From Mycobacterium tuberculosis H37Rv (lineage in GTDB: Bacteria > Actinomycetota > Actinomycetes > Mycobacteriales > Mycobacteriaceae), in the NCBI RefSeq assembly GCF_000195955.2, contig NC_000962.3, forward strand, positions 660,001-692,000: a stretch of DNA of 32,000 bases. The letters are read 5' to 3'. The notes beneath the pieces are model-generated. The model did no database searches. It saw only the letters and a program-made list of their open reading frames with translations, and was not told the origin of the DNA. Position 1 is the stretch's first letter. Every line of letters begins with the position of its first letter. A program made the translations under genes and the position numbers. Shown one piece after another: positions 7,252 through 19,228 of the stretch.

Positions 7252-8394
7252 TTACTCCTTGCTCGTTAGGTTGGCAGCGGGAACGACCTCCAGCAGGTTG
7301 TCGGGTCGAGTCACGACTCGAATCCCGAACCGGCGGCTGATGCGCTCAATGGTGTTGCGGAGCCATTCGGTGTCGGTCTGGGAGGCACGCTGTAGGCGCA
7401 TCCGCGACACTCGCAGTGGAAGCATCTGCAGCGAGATCAGGTTCCCGCTGGCGGGATCGGTGACGGTCAGATACAGCAGTCGCAGTTCACTGCGGAACGA
7501 CTCGTGCCCGCCGATGCCTTCGTAGTCGTCAACGACGTCACCGCATCCGTACAGGATCGGTTTACCGCGATATATCTCGATTGGCCGCGGATGGTGCGAG
7601 GAATGTCCGTGGACCATGTCGATGCCGGCGTCGATCAGTCGGTGCGCGAACGCGACGTCGCCGGGTGCGGTCGCATAGCCCCAATTGGATCCCCAATGCA
7701 TCGAGACTATGGCGATATCGCCGGGGCGTTTGTCCGCCAGCACCTGTGCCGCCACATCGTCGGCGACGTCGCGTTGCGCCGGATCCCGGATCAACCACAC
7801 TCCGGGCCGGTCGCGGCGGGCGGCCCAGGATTCGGGGACGCCGCTGGATTCCGCCGCTACCGAGCCGACGATCACCCGGCGTTCATGGCCAACCGTGACT
7901 AGCGCCGAGCGGCGAGCGGCGAGCAAATCGGCTCCCGCCCCGACACTCTGGATCCCCGCACCGGCGAGAGCCGCGACCGTATCGGTCAGCCCCTGGTAGC
8001 CGAAATCGAGAATGTGGTTGTTGGCCAGCGCGCACACGTGCGGCCGCAATGCCGTCAGCGCCGGCACGTTATCCGGGTGCATCCGGTAGCAGACCGGTTT
8101 GCGGTCGGCGAATTCACCGTCGGCGGTGATCGTCGTCTCCAGATTGATCAAACAGACGTCGGTCGCGGTGTTCTCAAGGACCGCCAACGCCTCGCCCCAG
8201 GGCCAGCGCCAATCCACGGGGAGCGGAATGCGCCCGTTCACCCGCTCGGCCAGGCGAACATAGCCGGTCGCATCCCGCATATACCGTTCGCGCAATTGCG
8301 GTTTGCCGGGATGAGGCAGGATCTGATCGACGCCACGGCCGAGCATGACGTCACCGCCCAGCAGCACCGTCACCACATCAGGATTGCCAGCCAC
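7252..8394 (-). CDS. Rv0574c: CapA/PGA-type metallophosphatase-fold protein (poly-gamma-glutamate capsule synthesis-like)
   Basis: The ORF is 380 aa. The motifs are GGDVMLGRGVDQ, NLETTIT, ANNHILDFG, SMHWGSNWG and VHGHSSHHPRPIE. Only 9 nt separate it from the pncB2 start, which suggests co-transcription. Confidence 0.88.
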   Translation of the reverse strand: MAGNPDVVTVLLGGDVMLGRGVDQILPHPGKPQLRERYMRDATGYVRLAERVNGRIPLPVDWRWPWGEALAVLENTATDVCLINLETTITADGEFADRKPVCYRMHPDNVPALTALRPHVCALANNHILDFGYQGLTDTVAALAGAGIQSVGAGADLLAARRSALVTVGHERRVIVGSVAAESSGVPESWAARRDRPGVWLIRDPAQRDVADDVAAQVLADKRPGDIAIVSMHWGSNWGYATAPGDVAFAHRLIDAGIDMVHGHSSHHPRPIEIYRGKPILYGCGDVVDDYEGIGGHESFRSELRLLYLTVTDPASGNLISLQMLPLRVSRMRLQRASQTDTEWLRNTIERISRRFGIRVVTRPDNLLEVVPAANLTSKE

Positions 8395-8486
8395 TCCGGA
8401 CCACCGCCGCCTTCAGGTAATCGCCGTAACACGCACCCTATGGCGTACATTGCACGTCATACGATCGGCCGGCGGCGGCCTCGTGG

Positions 8487-8506
8487 GTGGGGCCGAAGGT
8501 CCTCAA
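8487..8506. promoter_or_regulatory. Candidate DosR box upstream of Rv0574c
   Basis: GTGGGGCCGAAGGTCCTCAA matches 15 of 20 positions of the remembered DosR consensus. It is the best match I found in the window and lies 93-112 bp upstream of the Rv0574c ATG at 8394. Confidence 0.4.
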
Positions 8507-8578
8507 GACCGCGCCCAAAGGTCACATTGCCGGCGACAAACCGTGCCTACCTGGCGGAGAGGTGCCCGTCGGCGGTGG

Positions 8579-9745
8579 TCACCAGGTGTAGTCGGGCAGC
8601 TCGAAGTCGTCACGCACGCTGCCGGCGAACAGCGTCGCCAGCGGGCCGAAGTTCATCGTGCGCATCGCAACGTTGCGAAACCACAGGCCGAATCGGGTTC
8701 GGGTGGCGAAAAACCAGATGAACTTCGCCGCACTGGCTTGCTTGCCCTCGATGAAGGGACGCAGGCGCTTCTCGTAGGCGTCGAAGGCGCGACGGTGGTC
8801 GCCCCCGGCGCGGGCGAGCTCCCCGGCCAGCACGTAGGCCTCGGTGATCGCCAGGCCGGTGCCCTCGCCGCCGAGCAGCGAGATGCACCCGGCCGCGTCG
8901 CCGATCAGCAGCACCCGACCGCGTGACCAGCGGTCCATCCGGATTTGGCTGACCACGTCGAAGTACAGGTCCTCGACGTCGTCGAGGGCGGCCAGAATGT
9001 CCCGGCTTTCCCAGCCCACGTCGCCGAATTGGTCGCGCAGCTCATCTTTGGGTGCCACGCCGGGGTTGTCGTGTTCGGCGCGGAAGACGAACAAGAACAT
9101 GGTGCGGTCGCCGCGCAGCGCGAACCGCGCCAGCTGTCGGTCGACGGTGTTGTAGAGGACATAGCTGCGCTCGTCGCGGGGCCGGTAGCCGTCGACCACG
9201 CAGGCCGCGACCTTGCAGCCCAGGTAGTGCTCGAAATCCCGCTCCGGCCCGAAGACCAGCCGGCGCACGTTGGAGTGCAGTCCGTCGGCACCGATGACCA
9301 GGTCGAAATCGCGCGGGGCGGTCCTTTCGAAGGTGAGCCGGACGCCGTCGCGGTGCTCGTCGATGGTGGCGATGCTGTCGTCGAAGATCGTTTCCACTTG
9401 GTCTTCGATCGTCGTGTAGATCGCGGCGGCGAGATCGCCGCGCGGCAAGCTGGTGAAGTCGTCGCCGACCATGCGGCGAAAGACGTCGACGCCCAGGTCG
9501 GCTTTGACCTTGCCGGTGGGACCGACGGAGCGGACGTGTTCCATGTGGTAACCCGCCGCTGCGATCTGGTCCGTGATGCCCATTCGTTTGGCCACCTGGT
9601 AGCCGACGCCCCAGAAGTCGATCATGTAGCCGCCGGTGCGGAACTTCGGCGCCCGCTCGATCACTGTCGGGGTGTGGCCGGTGCGCTGCAGCCAGTGGGC
9701 GAGCGCCGCTCCTGCCACGCCGGCACCGCTAATCGCTACTTTCAC
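8579..9745 (-). CDS. Rv0575c: FAD-dependent aromatic-ring-hydroxylase-type monooxygenase/oxidoreductase
   Basis: The ORF is 388 aa. It has an N-terminal Rossmann motif (MKVAISGAGVAGAALAHWL), a DG motif (GADGLHSNVR) and a GD motif (LLIGDAAGCISLLGGEGTGLA). Confidence 0.9.
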   Translation of the reverse strand: MKVAISGAGVAGAALAHWLQRTGHTPTVIERAPKFRTGGYMIDFWGVGYQVAKRMGITDQIAAAGYHMEHVRSVGPTGKVKADLGVDVFRRMVGDDFTSLPRGDLAAAIYTTIEDQVETIFDDSIATIDEHRDGVRLTFERTAPRDFDLVIGADGLHSNVRRLVFGPERDFEHYLGCKVAACVVDGYRPRDERSYVLYNTVDRQLARFALRGDRTMFLFVFRAEHDNPGVAPKDELRDQFGDVGWESRDILAALDDVEDLYFDVVSQIRMDRWSRGRVLLIGDAAGCISLLGGEGTGLAITEAYVLAGELARAGGDHRRAFDAYEKRLRPFIEGKQASAAKFIWFFATRTRFGLWFRNVAMRTMNFGPLATLFAGSVRDDFELPDYTW

Positions 9746-9806
9746 ACTGCAATTGTGCTCTTCGGCAATAGTTTAGAACAAGACCGGTCGCTCGTTGCCC
9801 CTTGAT

Positions 9807-9834
9807 CAATACGTTAGTGAGCGCTAACGTATTG
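9807..9834. promoter_or_regulatory. 11-6-11 perfect inverted repeat, candidate operator of the ArsR-type regulator Rv0576
   Basis: The sequence is CAATACGTTAG-tgagcg-CTAACGTATTG. It ends 13 nt before the Rv0576 ATG, inside the 102-bp divergent Rv0575c/Rv0576 region. An overlapping 8-bp palindrome TTGATCAA sits at 9802-9809. Confidence 0.45.
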
Positions 9835-9847
9835 GCGTGTGCCCGAC

Positions 9848-11152
9848 ATGCTGGAAGTCGCGGCAGAGCCAACCCGGCGCCGGCTGCTACAGCTCCTGGC
9901 ACCGGGTGAACGCACCGTTACCCAGCTTGCGTCGCAGTTCACGGTCACCCGTTCGGCGATATCGCAGCACCTCGGCATGCTCGCCGAAGCGGGATTGGTT
10001 ACCGCCCGCAAACAGGGCCGGGAACGGTACTACCGGCTCGATGAGCGCGGGGTGCTGCGGCTTCGTGCGCTCATGGAGTCCTTCTGGAGCGACGAGCTGG
10101 ACCGTCTTGTCGCCGATGCCGCCCACTACCCGCCGTCACAAGGAGACTGTGCCATGCCGTTCGAGAAAGCGGTCGTCGTGCCCTTGGATCCGACCAGCAC
10201 CTTCGCGCTCATCACCCAGCCCGACAGGCTTCGGCGCTGGATGGCCGTCGCCGCGCGTATCGAGCTGCGCACCGGTGGCGCTTATCGCTGGACGGTGACT
10301 CCGGGGCATAGCGCGGCCGGCACCGTCATCGACGTCGACCCCGGCAAGCGGGTGGTCTTCACCTGGGGTTGGGAGGACCACGGCGACCCCCCGCCGGGCG
10401 GGTCGACGGTGACCATCACGCTGACCCCGGTCGACGGCGGCACCGAGGTCCGGCTGGTCCACGACGGGCTGACCGCGCAGCAGGCCGCCCGGCACGCCAA
10501 AGGGTGGAACCACTTCCTGGACCGGCTGGTCGTCGCCGGCCAACGCGGTGACGCCGGTCCCGACGAATGGGCCGCAGCGCCCGATCCGCTCGACGAATTA
10601 TCTTGTGCCGAAGCAACATTGGCCGTTCTTCAGCACGTACTGCGCGGGATAGGCGCCTCTGACCTGACCAGGCAGACACCGTGTACGGAATATGACGTTT
10701 CGCAACTGGCGGATCATTTGCTGCGCTCGCTGGCGATCATCGGCGCTGCGGCGGGCGCGCAGCTGGCGCCCCGCGATGTGGACGCGCCACTGGAAACCCA
10801 GGTGGCCGACGCGGCGCAGGCCGTGATGGAAGCCTGGCGGCGGCGTGGCTTGGCGGGCACGGTGGAGCTGAACTCGAACCAGGTGCCTGCGACGGTGCCG
10901 GTCGGCATCCTGTGCCTAGAATTTCTGGTCCACGCTTGGGATTTCGCGATTGCCACCGGTTCTCAGGTGATCGCGTCCGAGCCGGTGTCGGAGTACGTAC
11001 TGGCGGTGGCCGGCAAGGTCATCACCCCGGCAACCCGTAACTCCGCGGGCTTCGCCGCGCCGGCGGCGGTCGGTTCCTTTGCCCCAGTCCTCGATCGCCT
11101 CATCGCCTTCACCGGCCGCCAGCCGACCGCAGGCCACGTGTCCGCCACCTAA
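9848..11152 (+). CDS. Rv0576: ArsR/SmtB-family wHTH regulator fused to SRPBCC (AHSA1/START-like) and DinB/MDMPI-like domains
   Basis: The product is 434 aa from the ATG at 9848. It has a wHTH ([55 protein letters not shown]) and a middle SRPBCC-like block ([28 protein letters not shown]...VVFTWGWED...EVRLVHDGL). The C-terminal ~190 aa form a helical domain (LADHLLRSL...[14 protein letters not shown]). Confidence 0.85.
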
Positions 11153-11165
11153 CGAAAGGATGATC

Positions 11166-11951
11166 ATGCCCAAGAGAAGCGAATACAGGCAAGGCACGCC
11201 GAACTGGGTCGACCTTCAGACCACCGATCAGTCCGCCGCCAAAAAGTTCTACACATCGTTGTTCGGCTGGGGTTACGACGACAACCCGGTCCCCGGAGGC
11301 GGTGGGGTCTATTCCATGGCCACGCTGAACGGCGAAGCCGTGGCCGCCATCGCACCGATGCCCCCGGGTGCACCGGAGGGGATGCCGCCGATCTGGAACA
11401 CCTATATCGCGGTGGACGACGTCGATGCGGTGGTGGACAAGGTGGTGCCCGGGGGCGGGCAGGTGATGATGCCGGCCTTCGACATCGGCGATGCCGGCCG
11501 GATGTCGTTCATCACCGATCCGACCGGCGCTGCCGTGGGCCTATGGCAGGCCAATCGGCACATCGGAGCGACGTTGGTCAACGAGACGGGCACGCTCATC
11601 TGGAACGAACTGCTCACGGACAAGCCGGATTTGGCGCTAGCGTTCTACGAGGCTGTGGTTGGCCTCACCCACTCGAGCATGGAGATAGCTGCGGGCCAGA
11701 ACTATCGGGTGCTCAAGGCCGGCGACGCGGAAGTCGGCGGCTGTATGGAACCGCCGATGCCCGGCGTGCCGAATCATTGGCACGTCTACTTTGCGGTGGA
11801 TGACGCCGACGCCACGGCGGCCAAAGCCGCCGCAGCGGGCGGCCAGGTCATTGCGGAACCGGCTGACATTCCGTCGGTGGGCCGGTTCGCCGTGTTGTCC
11901 GATCCGCAGGGCGCGATCTTCAGTGTGTTGAAGCCCGCACCGCAGCAATAG
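11166..11951 (+). CDS. cfp32: Tandem-VOC (glyoxalase/bleomycin-resistance fold) protein, secreted antigen Cfp32/TB27.3
   Basis: The product is 261 aa from the ATG at 11166, with GAAAGGA just upstream. There are two internally duplicated VOC halves: [10 protein letters not shown]...[18 protein letters not shown] and [10 protein letters not shown]...[18 protein letters not shown]. The start lies 13 nt after the Rv0576 stop. Confidence 0.9.
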
Positions 11952-11995
11952 GGAGCATCCCGGGCAGGCCCGCCGGCCGGCAGATTCGGAGAATG

Positions 11996-15916
<3,921 letters not shown>

Positions 15917-16237
15917 CTCGCTCCCCAGGTCAGGTCAGCCCGGTGTTGCCCGGCGTGGCAAGGAATTGTGTGGCTATCCCGGCGATCTACCATGTGGAGC
16001 GAATCTTCGGGATCCCAACTCCAACGATCCCTTGTTGACGCTATCGTCAAAAGGGCAAAACCCCAAACTTTACGCGAACGAACTATCCACAGTGCACCCT
16101 CGATTTCCGTCGACACGTGCAAACGGCCAGACCTCGACGGTGCTAGCCCCGCGGCGATATTGCAGGTCTTCGAGCCGGTCGCGCCCCGGGGCGCGAACTC
16201 CGTTGCCCTCCCGCGACCCTGCGGGAGAGGATAAGGA

Positions 16238-16996
16238 ATGGTCGGCTATGTGGATGTCCGGGCATACGCCGAGCTCAACGAGTTCGTGGAGCTGCAGGCG
16301 CGCGGTCTGACGGTGCGCCGGCCGTTCCGCAGCCATCAGACGGTCAAAGATGTGCTGGAGGCGATGGGCATTCCGCATACCGAGGTGGATCTCATCCTGG
16401 TGAACGGCGATCCCGCGGACTTTTCCTACCGGCCGGTCGCCGGCGACCGCATTGCCGCCTACCCTATGTTCGAGGCCCTCGACATCGGGTCGACCGCCAG
16501 GTTGCGCCCAGCGCCGTTGCGTAACCCGCGCTTCGTCGTCGACGTCAACCTCGGCCAGCTGGCGCGGCTGCTTCGGCTGTTGGGCTTCGACACACGGTGG
16601 TCGAGTGCCGCCGATGATCCGACGCTGGCCGATATCAGCCTGGGCGAGCAGCGAATTCTGCTGACCCGCGACCGCGGCCTGTTGAAGCGCCGGGCAATCA
16701 CCCATGGTCTGTTCGTCCACTCCCAGCACCCGGAGGAGCAGGCGCTCGAGGTGCTGCGGCGGCTAGACCTCAACGGGCGGCTGGCACCGCTATCCCGGTG
16801 TCTGCGATGCAATGGTGAGCTGGCCGCGGTTTCCAAAGACGAGGTGATTGGCCAGCTGGAGCCGTTGACCCGCCGGTACTACGAGTCATTCAGCCGCTGC
16901 TTCGGTTGCGGGCGGATCTACTGGCCGGGATCACACCACGCACGGTTGGTTCGCCTCGTCGAACGACTGCGGGACCAGCTAACTACTTCGACCTGA
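16238..16996 (+). CDS. Rv0579: Ubiquitin-like (beta-grasp) + Mut7-C/PIN-like nuclease + C-terminal Zn-ribbon protein
   Basis: The product is 252 aa, with GGGAGAGGATAAGGA just before the ATG. The N-terminal ThiS/MoaD-like segment is VDLILVNGDPADFSYRPVAGDRIAAYP. The PIN-like acidic motifs are RFVVDVNLGQLARLLRLLGFD and ILLTRDRGLLKR. The Cys pairs are CLRCNGEL and CFGCGRIYWPGSHH. Confidence 0.82.
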   Translation: MVGYVDVRAYAELNEFVELQARGLTVRRPFRSHQTVKDVLEAMGIPHTEVDLILVNGDPADFSYRPVAGDRIAAYPMFEALDIGSTARLRPAPLRNPRFVVDVNLGQLARLLRLLGFDTRWSSAADDPTLADISLGEQRILLTRDRGLLKRRAITHGLFVHSQHPEEQALEVLRRLDLNGRLAPLSRCLRCNGELAAVSKDEVIGQLEPLTRRYYESFSRCFGCGRIYWPGSHHARLVRLVERLRDQLTTST

Positions 16997-17124
16997 CCCG
17001 CACGGTGGTGCGCGCGTCGATCGTCGCCAGCTGACACGCCGAAGGTGCAACCACGGCGGCATCGAGCGGCGTGTCCCCGCCACCAATGCACGTTCGGCGC
17101 GGCCGGCGCACGCTCGGCGCGGAG

Positions 17125-17616
17125 CTACGAATTGTCGGCCGGAGTCAACCGAATGGCTACCAGCTTGAGCCGGTCCACCGCCTCGGCGAACTCCTCGAGC
17201 GTGGGTATGCGCCGGTCGCGGAAGCTCAACCCCAGCATGCGTTGGCCACGCTTGACGCCATAGGCCTGTGCGGCGCGCAGGAAAAGTTCAGAAACGACCG
17301 CACGGTCCCGGATGAGCTCGCCACGCATAGCGGTCGTCTTGCCGTCGTAGACGACCTGGGCGGCGGCACCGTCGGAGAAGTTGTGCTTCCATCCGGCCTC
17401 GGTCAGCGCGTAGAGGTCGTTGTCGATGACGTGCGCGCTCAAGGGAATCGAGAAGTGCCGCCCAGTCTTTCGCCCGGTGAAGCTCACCACCATCAGCTGT
17501 GTGCGTAGCGGGCCGGCAAGCGGGGTGTGCAGCAGGGAGCGCAGGATCGGGTTGACGAGGCGAAGGAGGGCCGCCGGTGGGTGTGCGATGTCTACCGCAT
17601 ACGACTGATCTGTCAT
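17125..17616 (-). CDS. Rv0580c: Conserved hypothetical protein, possibly Ddn/DUF385-like split-barrel (deazaflavin nitroreductase family)
   Basis: The ORF is 192 aa. I favour the internal ATG at 17616 (MTDQSYAVD...), giving 163 aa. The block MVVSFTGRKTGRHFSIPL resembles the LLTTTGRKTGQPR block of Ddn-family proteins. The functional call is weak. Confidence 0.72.
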   Translation of the reverse strand: MTDQSYAVDIAHPPAALLRLVNPILRSLLHTPLAGPLRTQLMVVSFTGRKTGRHFSIPLSAHVIDNDLYALTEAGWKHNFSDGAAAQVVYDGKTTAMRGELIRDRAVVSELFLRAAQAYGVKRGQRMLGLSFRDRRIPTLEEFAEAVDRLKLVAIRLTPADNS

Positions 17617-17709
17617 GCCTTCACCGTAGATCCGATCGGGGTTCGCGGCTACGCCGACAAGTTGGTGACGCAACAAGATATATGGCGCCACCGGTAGTAC
17701 CATACGTAT

Positions 17710-17925
17710 GTGGACAAGACGACGGTCTACCTGCCGGATGAACTCAAGGCGGCCGTGAAGCGCGCCGCTCGGCAGCGCGGAGTCTCCGAAGCGCAGGTAA
17801 TCCGGGAGTCCATCCGGGCGGCGGTCGGCGGCGCCAAGCCGCCGCCGCGCGGGGGTCTATATGCGGGTTCGGAGCCCATCGCGCGGCGAGTCGACGAGCT
17901 GCTGGCTGGCTTCGGTGAGCGGTGA
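17710..17925 (+). CDS. vapB26: VapB antitoxin (ribbon-helix-helix/CopG type)
   Basis: The product is 71 aa from a GTG start. It has an RHH signature (TTVYLPDELKAAVKRAARQRGVSEAQVIRESIRAAV). Its stop overlaps the vapC start in GTGA (17922-17925). Confidence 0.9.
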   Translation: MDKTTVYLPDELKAAVKRAARQRGVSEAQVIRESIRAAVGGAKPPPRGGLYAGSEPIARRVDELLAGFGER

Positions 17926-18329
17926 TCATCGACACGAGTGCGCTGCTTGCCTATTTCGACGCCGCCGAGCCAGACCACGCCGCAGTGTCTGAGTGCATCG
18001 ATAGCTCCGCAGACGCGCTCGTCGTATCCCCTTATGTGGTAGCGGAACTCGACTATCTCGTCGCCACCCGGGTAGGTGTCGATGCCGAGCTCGCCGTCCT
18101 GCGTGAACTCGCCGGCGGGGCCTGGGAGCTCGCCAACTGCGGTGCCGCCGAAATCGAGCAGGCCGCCCGCATCGTCACGAAATACCAGGATCAGCGGATC
18201 GGGATCGCGGATGCGGCCAACGTCGTGCTGGCCGACCGATACCGCACGCGCACGATCCTCACCCTGGACCGTCGGCACTTCTCGGCGCTGCGGCCGATCG
18301 GCGGTGGGCGCTTCACCGTCATTCCGTAA
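17922..18329 (+). CDS. vapC26: VapC PIN-domain ribonuclease toxin
   Basis: The product is 135 aa. It starts MIIDTSALLAYFD with the first PIN aspartate, followed by further acidic positions (VVAELDYL, IGIADAANVVLA, ILTLDRRHF). Confidence 0.92.
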   Translation: MIIDTSALLAYFDAAEPDHAAVSECIDSSADALVVSPYVVAELDYLVATRVGVDAELAVLRELAGGAWELANCGAAEIEQAARIVTKYQDQRIGIADAANVVLADRYRTRTILTLDRRHFSALRPIGGGRFTVIP

Positions 18330-18388
18330 ACCGCAACCGATTCGGTGCTGCACCGCGGCGTGTTCGTCTTCCGCGTGCGATCCGTCCC

Positions 18389-19075
18389 TTAGGGCGTGAT
18401 GGTCGTCTGCTCGTCGATGACGTTGGCGGCGTCCATCAACGTCATCGTCTCGTCGTCGAGCGCGTCGGCGTTGAGTTGAAGCACGAACACCGCACCTTGG
18501 CTGGGAATCACCACCGTCTTCTGCGCGACGGTCCGCAACTTGCCGTTCTTGCTGTATGAACCACCGAGCTGCCATGCTGAAAAGCCGCCGAGCGTGGCTG
18601 CACTTCCGTCGCCGCTGCCTTGGAAGCCGGGCAGGTTTTTCAACTCGCCGGGTGCGAATTGGAGGACCTTCGCGGGGTCGATGTCACCGGTGAGTTTGGA
18701 GAGGATCGCAACGATGGTGGGGGGATCGTTGGGATCGGCGGGCTGGGTGTAGACGATGCCGCCATAGGGTGCGCGGGAGCTTTCCGGAAGCAGCCGCCAA
18801 TCGTCGGGCACCGGCAGGTCGATGGTCGGGGAGCCGGGGTCGCCGTGGTGCACTGGGGTCTCCTGGATGTGGTTGTCCCGGATATAGTCGGCGATGGTGT
18901 AGTTGGGCCCCGCTGCCTGAGCCGAGGTGGTTGCCGACGTAGTCGTTGTCGACGTCGTCGGGGACGTCGTGGTTGGCGACGTGGTTGGCGCGCTGTCGGT
19001 CTTGATGTTGAAACTGCAGCCAGCCAGTGCCAGGCTCAGCGCCACCGTCGCGACGGCCGCCGTGAAGTGCTTCAT
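18389..19075 (-). CDS. lpqN: Lipoprotein of the LpqN/LpqT family
   Basis: The product is 228 aa. The signal peptide carries a lipobox (MKHFTAAVATVALSLALAGC). A Thr/Ser/Pro-rich linker follows (TDSAPTTSPTTTSPTTSTTTTSATTS), then a globular domain. Confidence 0.9.
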   Translation of the reverse strand: MKHFTAAVATVALSLALAGCSFNIKTDSAPTTSPTTTSPTTSTTTTSATTSAQAAGPNYTIADYIRDNHIQETPVHHGDPGSPTIDLPVPDDWRLLPESSRAPYGGIVYTQPADPNDPPTIVAILSKLTGDIDPAKVLQFAPGELKNLPGFQGSGDGSAATLGGFSAWQLGGSYSKNGKLRTVAQKTVVIPSQGAVFVLQLNADALDDETMTLMDAANVIDEQTTITP

Positions 19076-19228
19076 TGCGCGCTCCCGAAGATTGGACCGG
19101 CACTTCCGGCCGGTGAGGTCGGATTGAGACTAGTCCAACTGGTGTGCGCGCGACCCTATCACTGCAATCCCATCTCGATTGACCGCAAAACACCGCGGGA
19201 ACAGGCGTCTATGCAGTAAGAGACAGCT

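Noticed and set aside
19128-19135. The GACTAGTC palindrome in the lpqN/Rv0584 intergenic region, which resembles the DosR core.
   Set aside because: The two half-sites abut without the 2-bp WW spacer and lack the flanking GG/CC. The geometry is wrong for DosR, and an 8-bp palindrome is weak evidence on its own.
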